This document shows, piece by piece, positions 8,664 to 17,064 of a stretch of DNA of 64,000 bases (the stretch's first letter is position 1; the number at the start of each line of letters is the position of its first letter). This DNA is from an uncultured bacterium. Lineage in GTDB: Bacteria; Actinomycetota; Acidimicrobiia; Spongiisociales; UBA5794. Both the position numbers and the translations under genes were made by a program. The DNA lies in the NCBI GenBank assembly GCA_963801165.1, contig CAWDDT010000010.1, forward strand, positions 1-64,000. Reading direction: 5' to 3'. The notes beneath the pieces were generated by a model. That model saw nothing but the letters and a program-made list of their open reading frames with translations. It was not told the DNA's origin and ran no database searches.

Positions 8664-9407
8664 TCAGCGGCGGCTTTGTTGGGGGCGGTAGAAGCCCATA
8701 AGCCCTTCGTAGAGATCAGGATGTGCCGTGGCGAGACGCTGCGGGGTCGTGAAGAACACCTCGGTGGCGACCGCGAAGCACTCGGCCGCGTTCGTCTCCG
8801 CATAAGAGCCGAGGACGGGGTCCTCGAACTCGGCGGCGCGCAGGGACGTGAGTGTCGTGTCCATCATTGCCTCCCACCGCAGCTCGGCGGGTCTTCCGCC
8901 GACTCGGGGCATCCCGTCCGTGGCTCCGGTGAGCATGTCGAGCGTGTGCGCGAACTCGTGGTAGACGACGTTCCGGCCTCGCTCGGGATGGCGGATGTCG
9001 CGTGCGACCGCGTCCCATGCCAGTACCACGGGACCGTGGAGCATCGCCTCGCCCAGGATCGGCGTGGGCGTCGCGTTGCATACCGGCGAGCCGGGGGCGA
9101 CGCGGCGCTCACCGCGGTGAATCATCGCCGACGGATAAACGATGATGCTGTGAACATTGCGATACGCATCGATGCCGTTGGCGAGCACGAGACGATTTGC
9201 GTGCAATGCGATCGTGACACGCATCGTGTCGTCGAGTACTGCGCCTCCCGCGCTCTCGAAATCGGTGTAATCCAGGAATTGCCTGGTCAGGTCGATGAGG
9301 CGTTCGAGTCCCCCGGCATCTAGATCGGGCCACGTCGCCGAATCGCGTGTGATGATCGCGAGAGAGTCGGGGGAAAGCGAGTCGCTGTGCCGGTGACGGT
9401 GAAGCAT
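8664..9407 (-). CDS. Zinc-dependent peptidase, MtfA/M90-like
   Basis: IIVYP, ILGEA..HGPVVLAW, GRNVVYHEFAHTLD, YAETNAAECFAVATEVFF. Confidence 0.9.
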   Translation of the reverse strand: MLHRHRHSDSLSPDSLAIITRDSATWPDLDAGGLERLIDLTRQFLDYTDFESAGGAVLDDTMRVTIALHANRLVLANGIDAYRNVHSIIVYPSAMIHRGERRVAPGSPVCNATPTPILGEAMLHGPVVLAWDAVARDIRHPERGRNVVYHEFAHTLDMLTGATDGMPRVGGRPAELRWEAMMDTTLTSLRAAEFEDPVLGSYAETNAAECFAVATEVFFTTPQRLATAHPDLYEGLMGFYRPQQSRR

Positions 9408-9780
9408 CGGCCAGCACCCTACCCGACGCTTTGTGGGGCAGCGACGGTGCGACCCGGGGAAGAGCGGAGCGAAGCGAACAACTGTGAACGAGCGTCCGCA
9501 GGCTATGCCTCAGGGCATCCGCACGATCGAGCTGCTTGACGTCTGCGCTGGCGGTGTCTGGAAGCTCGCGGGATTGCACGGCTATCACACCGGATCGTAT
9601 CCTCACCACCGGCAGCGGATCGACCAGCATCAAAGTCACCTTCATCGACATGGCGAAACACCGACGGCGCACTCTCGAACCGATCGACGGATCGGCCGGG
9701 ACATTTCTCCTCCCGCCGGGCGTCACCGCCGAGGGGGTCTGTCGCCACGGCGGCGACGTGATCGGCACTCGGCATTTCGG

Positions 9781-11256
9781 ATGAGTGGCGCGCGATCGAC
9801 CGGGCAGTCCACCGCCGACCCTGATGGCATGCACCCGGATCATCGCCTCGTCCTCCAGATGCTCGACGACGCGCCGATGTCGCGGATGCACTACGTCGTG
9901 TGGATGCTCGCCACCGGGGGGACACTCCTCGACGGTGTCTCGGTGTTCATGCTCGGACTCGCGATTCCCCTTCTGACGGTTGATCTTGCACTCACGTCAA
10001 TCGAGGTGGGATTGCTCGGTGGCGCGCTCGTCTCGGGAGCGATCGTCGGTGCGTCGATCGGCGGGAGGCTCGGTGACTCCTACGGGCGGCGAACAGTGTT
10101 CATATTGGACATGGTGGTGGTGTTCGCCGCAGCGCTTGTCGGATCGCTCGGACGGACCCCGCTGATCCTGATCGTGGCTCAAGCTGCAGTCGGCGTCGGG
10201 GTGGGCATGGACTTCCCCGTCGGAAGCAGCTACGTCGCCGAGTGTATGCCGCACCGGAGACGAACCAGGATGATGGTCGCGACCATCTCCGCACAGGCAG
10301 TCGGGATGGTCACGGCGGCGGTGATCGCCGTCGCCTTGCTGCACTTCGCCGGGTCCACGCACGCGTGGCGCCTACTGTTCGTCGCTCAAGCCGTGATCGC
10401 CGCCGCGTTCGCGATCTCCCGCCTGGGCATGCCGGAAAGCCCGCGCTGGCTGATGAGCCGAGGCGAGAACCGCAAGGCACTCGAACAACTGGCTCGTCTC
10501 GTCCCGGTGGACCGATCTCAGGTCGCCGATGTCGGGGCGAGATTGGGTGACACCCAGGCTCGGGTGAGCCGGCTATCCACACAGGAGCGGCGGGGCGGGC
10601 TCGCCGTTCTATTCCACCGCCACTATCTGCGCCGGACTCTGCTGGTCACAGTGCCATGGTTCTTCATGGACATCGCGACGTACGGGGTGGGGCTGTTCAC
10701 TGCGGTGATCCTCGGCGCCATGCACCTCGGCGGTCATTCCGGATCCCTCAGCCAGATAGAGGATCTCGCCGCGGGGACCGGCGGCATCGACGTATTCCTC
10801 ATTGTCGGCTTCGCAGTGGGTGCGTGGGCGGTCGGTCGGTTCGGGCGCATCCGGATGCAGATAATCGGCTTCGCAGGAATGGTGATCGGACTCCTGGTTC
10901 TGGCGTCGAGCACGCTCGGCGGCGGGGGTGATACGGTGCTCGTTTTCGCGGGATTCACTGTCTTCAACCTGAGCATGAACGCCGGTCCGAACAGCACGAC
11001 GTACATTCTGCCCGCAGAGCTCTTTCCCACCCACGTGCGAGCGACGGCGGCAGGATTCGCGGCGTCCACGGCCAAGGTGGGGGCGACAGTCGGGGTGTTC
11101 CTCGTGCCTTTGATCAAATCACGACTCGGCATCACCACACTGCTGGTGATGATGGCCGTCGTCGCGGCCGCCGGACTTGGAACGACCATCGCCTTCCGCG
11201 TCGAGGGAACGGGCCTGACGCTCGAGCAACACCAGTCGCCAGATTTGGTCCGTTGA
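9781..11256 (+). CDS. MFS transporter (sugar porter/aromatic acid type)
   Basis: Start likely ATG 9781; GRLGDSYGRR motif A, PESPRWL, PAELFPT. Confidence 0.9.
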   Translation: MSGARSTGQSTADPDGMHPDHRLVLQMLDDAPMSRMHYVVWMLATGGTLLDGVSVFMLGLAIPLLTVDLALTSIEVGLLGGALVSGAIVGASIGGRLGDSYGRRTVFILDMVVVFAAALVGSLGRTPLILIVAQAAVGVGVGMDFPVGSSYVAECMPHRRRTRMMVATISAQAVGMVTAAVIAVALLHFAGSTHAWRLLFVAQAVIAAAFAISRLGMPESPRWLMSRGENRKALEQLARLVPVDRSQVADVGARLGDTQARVSRLSTQERRGGLAVLFHRHYLRRTLLVTVPWFFMDIATYGVGLFTAVILGAMHLGGHSGSLSQIEDLAAGTGGIDVFLIVGFAVGAWAVGRFGRIRMQIIGFAGMVIGLLVLASSTLGGGGDTVLVFAGFTVFNLSMNAGPNSTTYILPAELFPTHVRATAAGFAASTAKVGATVGVFLVPLIKSRLGITTLLVMMAVVAAAGLGTTIAFRVEGTGLTLEQHQSPDLVR

Positions 11257-11317
11257 GGCCCGACTCGCTTTGCAGACGCTACGTCATTCAGGGGAGTAGC
11301 ACACCGTTTCCATCTCA

Positions 11318-11516
11318 GGGTGCGCTGCGGGAGCGAAAGGCTGGAAGACGACCAAAGACAGTGAGGCTAGCTGAGCACGAGCCGATACAGAATCCCAAAT
11401 GAATTTGGGGGGAATCGACCGAATCAGTTGTCGCATTAGGCCTATCCAGAATTTGCCCAAAACCCCGTGGGCGCCCACTCAAGGCGGTGACGGCAGTTCG
11501 AATCTGCCCGGGCAAC
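11318..11516 (+). repeat. att-like repeat unit D with degenerate tRNA-Glu fragment (11471-11516); probable right end of the array
   Basis: GCGCCCACTCAAGGCGGTGACGGCAGTTCGAATCTGCCCGGGCAAC preceded by the conserved spacer. Confidence 0.7.
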
Positions 11517-11541
11517 ACGGACCCGCGTATGGCGGGTCCGT
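11517..11541 (+). terminator. Hairpin after tRNA fragment D
   Basis: ACGGACCCGC-gtatg-GCGGGTCCGT. Confidence 0.6.
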
Positions 11542-11633
11542 TCCAAGAAACCCGCCACTTGGCTGGTCTCTTCTTGTCGCGAACACGCAGAGTTGTTCTG
11601 CTTCATCAGGGATGAACATCGAGGTCGAGCGAC

Positions 11634-13022
11634 TCACCTCGTGTTCGCGGCGACGCCGGTCAGCGAGCTGAGAACCGAATCCAGCTTGCCGGGATCGTTG
11701 ACAAGGTCGAGCATTCCGCTCCACCAGGCTGTCTGCAAAGACGCGGGCATCATGTCCGCGGCGCCAAAGCGACTGAGCTTGGCGTCCGCGAGCTCTTCGG
11801 CGACCGCTTGCGCTACCGGGTCGGGATAGGTGTCGGGTGAGACGCCGCGGTTCACGGAGGTGAAGCCGCCGAGCCTGACCCACGCTTGCTGTGCCTGGGA
11901 GCCCGCCAGGTAAGTCATGAACGAGCGCGCCGCGGGGGTGTCGTTGACCATCACCAGCACATCTGCACCGATGGTGACCGCTCCCGCGTAGTCGGGGTTG
12001 ATGGTCGGGAAGTCGAAGAAGTCGTAGTCGTCACCCGGGCGGAGGCCGGGGTATTGCGTCGCGATGAATGCCTGTGCAAACGAGGCGAGATAGTACATGT
12101 AGGCGGTCGGCGGGTCGGTGTACATCGGATACGACCCCTGAGCGTCCGTCGTCCCGAAGATGCCCTGATTGCCTCCCAGTACATATCCCTCTGTCTGGAC
12201 GATCGTGTCGAACATGTCGAAGGACTGTCTGATGCACGCATCGGTCCAGGGGATGTCGCCGGCGATCCATTTGTCGTAGAGGTCCGGGCCGCAGCTGTTG
12301 AGCACGATCTCCGAGATCCAATCGGTGAGCGCCCAGCCGCTCCCCGGACCAGTTGGGCCGACTACGGAGAAAGGAGTGTGGCCGTCTGCGACCATCGTGT
12401 CGGCAAGCTCGATCATGTCGTCCCAGGTCTTGGGAACACGATAGCTGGAATCTGCAAACACCTTCGGGTTGTACCAGACCGTAGCCTTGCTGGTCAGCTT
12501 GTAGAAGATCCCGTAGAGCCTGCCGTTGTTGCTACCCAGGTCGATCCAGGGCGAGGCGTAATCCTTGCCGACCTGGTTCATATCCATCACGGAGTCGAGC
12601 GGTACGAGCTTGCCTTCCTCGGCTAGTTGGTGCATCAACCCGGGGTTCGGCAGGATCGCGATGTCGGGCGGTGTACCAGCCCGTATGTCCGTATTCAGTG
12701 CGGCTCGTAGATCCTGCGTCCCTTCCCAATCGACGGTCGCACCCGTGTCCGTCTCCCACGGGGTCTTGACCGTTGCGAAGCTGTCGAATTCGGGGCCACT
12801 CCAGACCCCGAGGACGTGCACGTGCGCACCGTCGAGCTGCAGCGACGGCGCGGTCGTAGATGTCGATATCGCAGCGGTCGTTGTGGCCGCCTCTGTCGTC
12901 GCGACCGGTTGTGGGGTCGCTGTCGTGGTCGATTCGGTGGTCGCCGAGCGTGCACAGCCGACCAGCAGTGCGGGGAGCATGACACCACCGACCGAAAGCA
13001 CGATTCTGTGGCGAGAGAGCAC
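11634..13022 (-). CDS. Carbohydrate ABC transporter substrate-binding lipoprotein (AglE-like), orphan
   Basis: Lipobox LLVGC, Thr-rich linker, PPDIAILPNPG, VWYNPKVF, TDWI; start uncertain. Confidence 0.85.
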   Translation of the reverse strand: MLSRHRIVLSVGGVMLPALLVGCARSATTESTTTATPQPVATTEAATTTAAISTSTTAPSLQLDGAHVHVLGVWSGPEFDSFATVKTPWETDTGATVDWEGTQDLRAALNTDIRAGTPPDIAILPNPGLMHQLAEEGKLVPLDSVMDMNQVGKDYASPWIDLGSNNGRLYGIFYKLTSKATVWYNPKVFADSSYRVPKTWDDMIELADTMVADGHTPFSVVGPTGPGSGWALTDWISEIVLNSCGPDLYDKWIAGDIPWTDACIRQSFDMFDTIVQTEGYVLGGNQGIFGTTDAQGSYPMYTDPPTAYMYYLASFAQAFIATQYPGLRPGDDYDFFDFPTINPDYAGAVTIGADVLVMVNDTPAARSFMTYLAGSQAQQAWVRLGGFTSVNRGVSPDTYPDPVAQAVAEELADAKLSRFGAADMMPASLQTAWWSGMLDLVNDPGKLDSVLSSLTGVAANTR

Positions 13023-13117
13023 CGAGTCCTCCCATGACGCTGGATTGCGCAGCCTAACCGGTGGTCTGTTCGCCTTGTGATCTTCCTACATCTGCAACGG
13101 AGAGCCCAATAGCCCAC

Positions 13118-13460
13118 GAGACCTCTCGCCAGTATGCGCTGTTCATGCCGCGTTGGTTCGGCCGGGCGCCGGCGGCCTTACTCACGGGTCACGTCGTAGA
13201 CGTTGGTGACATCCGGCTCCCAGTGGCGGGGCCGGGCGCCCGGCCCCGGTGGGACCTCAACGACCTGCTCGCGGCGCTCGACGGGCACGCCGCGAGCGCG
13301 GGCTCACATGGGTTGCACGCGCCGATCAGCTTGGCTGCGGGCCGAACCGTCTGACCAATCTGCGCAAGGCTCGGCTCGCGGACATGGACCGCACCATGCG
13401 TGTCAAGCCGTGGTTCGGCCGTGCCCGCCGGTGCGTTCATCGACGCGGCGCGCTCGGTGA
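13118..13460 (+). pseudogene. Fragmented hypothetical/HTH-like gene
   Basis: Protein-like segments continue across frames (QYALFMPRWFGRAP...RWDLNDL / RRERGLTW..ADQLGCGPNRLTNLRKARLADMD). Confidence 0.4.
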
Positions 13461-13919
13461 CACGGCGCCGGGTCCCCATTAGGTGATTCCCGGCCACCGT
13501 CGTCGACTCGATGGGTCACTGGTTGGCCCGCCGGAGACCGCGACTGAACACGTGGATCTCCGTCTTCATGCGGCAACGGCGCTTCGAATTTGCTCAGAGC
13601 AGTTCGTATGCCGCCGGCAGGTACCTCAGGAGCTTTGCCTCGAGTCGACAATTCAGAATGGACCGCCGTCCCTAGCACCCATGTCGCCAGGTGAGGGAGT
13701 GACGCCCGTAACGCTGGGCGCGAGGCGACGCTGACGCGGCGTAGTTGCCGCTGCTGGCTGCGGCTCGCCCGTCTCCGTATCGCGACGGGATTCTGTCTTG
13801 CCGGCCGGTTGCCGTGTGATCTGTAAGAAACACGCAAGGTTTCCGCAATGGTTTGGCAATACCTACTTCGTACGGTCGAAGTGGGTACTCGAACGAGTGC
13901 ATCGGAAAGGAGAGGTCCG

Positions 13920-15218
13920 GTGAAGCTTCTGCGTCGATTGGTGCTCCTGTCGCTGTTCGTCTTTGTCCTTGGTGGTGCCACGCCGGCTTTGGCTGTGGCA
14001 ACGGGACCTGCGCATGGGATTGCCCTGGATGAGGGCCGGCATCTCGCCTTCATGACGGTAGAGGGAGCCGTCACCACGCTGGACGTCTCGAATCCGGCAA
14101 GTCCGACGCTGGTTGACGACAGCATCCAGACCCAAGGGGTCATCCAGGATCTCTACTACGACGATGCCCGGCAACGCCTGTATGTTGCAGCCGACGAAGG
14201 GGACCTCGAGATCTGGGATATCCAGAATCCGTCGTCTCCTCAGCGACTCAGCGTGACGCCGCTCTACTACTTCGGATACGAGGTGCCGGTTGTGTCGGTT
14301 GAGGTCACCGGCGATCTTGCATACGTCTCAACAAGCTGGGGTTATCTGCACTTAGTAGACGTTTCTGATCCCGCCAACCCCGTCGACCTCGGCTTCAATG
14401 GCCAGGGTGGCAATCCCTCCCGGGAGGTTCACATCGGCGACGATGGCTATGTCTACCTTGCCGGGCCGCAAACGGTTCGCTACGTCAATGGGTCGCTCTC
14501 GCTGGCGGGCTCGAACATCTATGCAGGGTCCTACGAGATCTTCGCTGCGGATGGTTACGCCTACATCACGGCCCCGACGGGTCCTGTCGAGATTCTGGAC
14601 ACGACCAAGTCTGGCCTGCCGTTCGTGAGTTCCTACTACACCAACAATGTGAAGGACATCTTCGTGGCGGGCGACTATGCCTACCTTGCCAACGGTAGTT
14701 CCGGACTGCGGATACTGGACGTTGCAGACAAGGCCAATCCTGTGGAGGTTGGGTTCGATGATTCAGCGGGAGCAGTAGATGTCACCGTTTCCGGTGACTA
14801 TGCCTACGTTCGCAGTGGTCTCACCCTCCGCGTCGTTGACGTGTCAACACCAAGCAACCCTGTGGTGACAGGCACCTTTGATGCTTCCGGTTCTGGGAGC
14901 GGTGGTGGGGTTGGCAACATTGCCCCGACGGCCAACGCAGGTTTGGCCCAGGCTGTCACCTCGAGGGCGAGCGTGACACTAGATGGGTCCGGTTCCTATG
15001 ACGTGGATGGCACGATCGCGGGTTATGCCTGGACCCAGGTATCGGGACCGACCGTGAATCTCCAGGGAGCGAACACAGCCCAACCTCACTTCAGAGCGCC
15101 CAAGGTCAGGTCGTATCCGGCGGTTGCCTTGACGTTCCAACTGACCGTAACGGACGATGAGGGCGCCACCGGCAGCAGCGAAGTGACAGTGACCGTCCTG
15201 CCCCGAACAAACAGGTAA
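13920..15218 (+). CDS. Secreted LVIVD-repeat beta-propeller protein with C-terminal PKD/Ig-like domain
   Basis: GTG start with AAAGGAGAGG RBS, signal peptide, repeated GDYAY...GLRILDVSDPANP, then APTANAG...VTLDGSGSYDVDG...YAWTQ...FQLTVTDDEG. Confidence 0.85.
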   Translation: MKLLRRLVLLSLFVFVLGGATPALAVATGPAHGIALDEGRHLAFMTVEGAVTTLDVSNPASPTLVDDSIQTQGVIQDLYYDDARQRLYVAADEGDLEIWDIQNPSSPQRLSVTPLYYFGYEVPVVSVEVTGDLAYVSTSWGYLHLVDVSDPANPVDLGFNGQGGNPSREVHIGDDGYVYLAGPQTVRYVNGSLSLAGSNIYAGSYEIFAADGYAYITAPTGPVEILDTTKSGLPFVSSYYTNNVKDIFVAGDYAYLANGSSGLRILDVADKANPVEVGFDDSAGAVDVTVSGDYAYVRSGLTLRVVDVSTPSNPVVTGTFDASGSGSGGGVGNIAPTANAGLAQAVTSRASVTLDGSGSYDVDGTIAGYAWTQVSGPTVNLQGANTAQPHFRAPKVRSYPAVALTFQLTVTDDEGATGSSEVTVTVLPRTNR

Positions 15219-15359
15219 TAGGGCCAGCTAATAGGGCCAGGCAAGGGCCAGGTAGTAGGGCTTCCCGCGTTTCCCCAGCCAGGACGGGGGGTATCGCGCT
15301 ACTGTGGTTCCACGGCTTCCGGGGAGGGTCCGGGGGCGCCGTCCGCCTAAGGAGCTGCC

Positions 15360-15644
15360 ATGGCTGTCGAATCATCCGGTAAGAGCGCAGGCAACCCTCG
15401 CTTCTATGAGCTGATCGAGGATTCTCCCAAGGAAGGCGCCAGCCCCACCATCTGGGCCTGGCCCCAGATCACGGAGTACTTGAAGGTCGCCGCCCAACCG
15501 GTTCAAGGCCCGTGGCCGCCGCATCAGAACCCGCGCCCCGACCCGGACGCCGACTCGATGCCGGTGGCGGTGCCCGACCCGCAAGGCGTCTTCACGTCAC
15601 CGCACGCAACGCTGCCCCACGAAGCAATCCCCGAGGAGGAGTGA
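15360..15644 (+). CDS. Small Pro-rich hypothetical protein leading the cox operon
   Basis: TAAGGAG RBS; stop lies 3 nt before the coxM start. Confidence 0.7.
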   Translation: MAVESSGKSAGNPRFYELIEDSPKEGASPTIWAWPQITEYLKVAAQPVQGPWPPHQNPRPDPDADSMPVAVPDPQGVFTSPHATLPHEAIPEEE

Positions 15645-15647
15645 TCG

Positions 15648-16523
15648 ATGTACCCGTCGCGGTTCCGCTACGAATCACCGAAGACGGTGGAGGAGGCAAT
15701 CCGCCTTCTCACAGAAGCGGGGGGTGAGGCCAAGATCCTGGCGGGGGGCCAGAGTCTGATCCCGATGATGAAGCTCCGGTTTGCAGCACCTCAGATGCTC
15801 GTCGACATCAACGGCATCGCCGGTCTCGACCACCTGGACTTCGCCGTCGACGGCTCGGTCAGGATCGGGGCCCTGTGCCGGCACGCGACGCTGGAGCGGT
15901 CTGCCGAGCTCAAGGTGCGCCAGCCGACGATGGCGGCGGCGGCGCAACTAGTGGCTGACCCCATTGTCCGCAACCGGGGAACGCTCGTGGGCTCGCTCTG
16001 CCACGCCGACCCGCAGGGCGACTGGGCGGCAGTCATGGTGGCGCTCAACGGGGAGCTCATCGCGCAAGGACCGTCGGGTCGACGGTCGATCGCGGTCAGC
16101 AACCTGGTCAGTGGGCCTTTCCAGACCACGCTCGCCCCCGACGAGATCGGAGTTGAAGCCGTCGTCCCCGTTCCCTCCGGTGTGCCGATGGGCGGCTACT
16201 TGAAACTCGAACGGCGCGTCGGCGACTTTGCGACGGTGGCCGTAGCCGTCGCCGTCGACATGCAAGGTAGCTCGGTTGCCAGAGCCGGCATCGGCCTGGC
16301 CGCCGTCGGTTCGAAGACGATCAACGCAATCGAAGCTGCCGCCTCGCTCGAGGGTGGCCCGCTCAGCGAGAGTCGCATCGCCGCGGCTGCCGACGCCGCT
16401 GCTGCGGTGGCAAAGCCGCGGTCGGATCATCGTGGCAGCGCCGAATACAAGCGGCATATGGTCCACACCTTCGTGGTGAGAATCCTGACCAGAGTGGCCG
16501 CATCGATCGAGAAGGTGGCCTGA
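15648..16523 (+). CDS. coxM: CO dehydrogenase medium (FAD) subunit
   Basis: [43 protein letters not shown]. Confidence 0.93.
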   Translation: MYPSRFRYESPKTVEEAIRLLTEAGGEAKILAGGQSLIPMMKLRFAAPQMLVDINGIAGLDHLDFAVDGSVRIGALCRHATLERSAELKVRQPTMAAAAQLVADPIVRNRGTLVGSLCHADPQGDWAAVMVALNGELIAQGPSGRRSIAVSNLVSGPFQTTLAPDEIGVEAVVPVPSGVPMGGYLKLERRVGDFATVAVAVAVDMQGSSVARAGIGLAAVGSKTINAIEAAASLEGGPLSESRIAAAADAAAAVAKPRSDHRGSAEYKRHMVHTFVVRILTRVAASIEKVA

Positions 16524-16524
16524 G

Positions 16525-17064
16525 ATGACGAGCCTTTACGAGGAGATCACACCCACCTCCAGCGACATCCCTATCAAGCGGATCACGTTGACGCTCAACG
16601 GCGAGTCACGCACGGTCGACGTGGAGCCCCGGCTTCTGCTGGCCCACCTGATCCGCCAGGGCTTCAAGCTCACCGGTACCCACACAGGGTGCGACACCAC
16701 CAACTGTGGCGCCTGCACGGTGCTGGTCGACGGAACCCCGGTGAAGAGCTGCACCATGTTGGCCGTCCAGGCAGACGGACACGACGTGATGACCGTCGAA
16801 GGTCTGGCCGGGCCGAGTGAGCTGCACGCGATCCAGGAGGGCTTCAAGGATGAGCATGGCCTGCAGTGTGGGTTCTGCACTCCGGGCATGATGCTGACAT
16901 CCAAGGCGCTGCTCGACCGCAACCCCGACCCGACCGAGGACGAGGTTCGCTGGGCGCTGTCGGGGAATCTGTGCCGGTGCACCGGCTACCAGAACATCGT
17001 CAAGGCCGTCCTCTGGGCGGCAGCGAAACTCAGGGATGACGCCGACGGGGGAGGGGAGGGCTGA
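16525..17064 (+). CDS. coxS: CO dehydrogenase small 2x[2Fe-2S] subunit
   Basis: [12 protein letters not shown]...SC and QCGFCTPG...NLCRCTGY. Confidence 0.95.
   Translation: MTSLYEEITPTSSDIPIKRITLTLNGESRTVDVEPRLLLAHLIRQGFKLTGTHTGCDTTNCGACTVLVDGTPVKSCTMLAVQADGHDVMTVEGLAGPSELHAIQEGFKDEHGLQCGFCTPGMMLTSKALLDRNPDPTEDEVRWALSGNLCRCTGYQNIVKAVLWAAAKLRDDADGGGEG

Noticed and set aside
9433-9780. N-terminal extension of the MFS transporter, or a separate gene
   Set aside because: The Arg/His-rich translation is not protein-like, and no frame gave a recognisable product.
15218-15262. Short GGGCCAG repeats after the LVIVD gene as a functional element
   Set aside because: Only three short imperfect copies; insufficient evidence of function.
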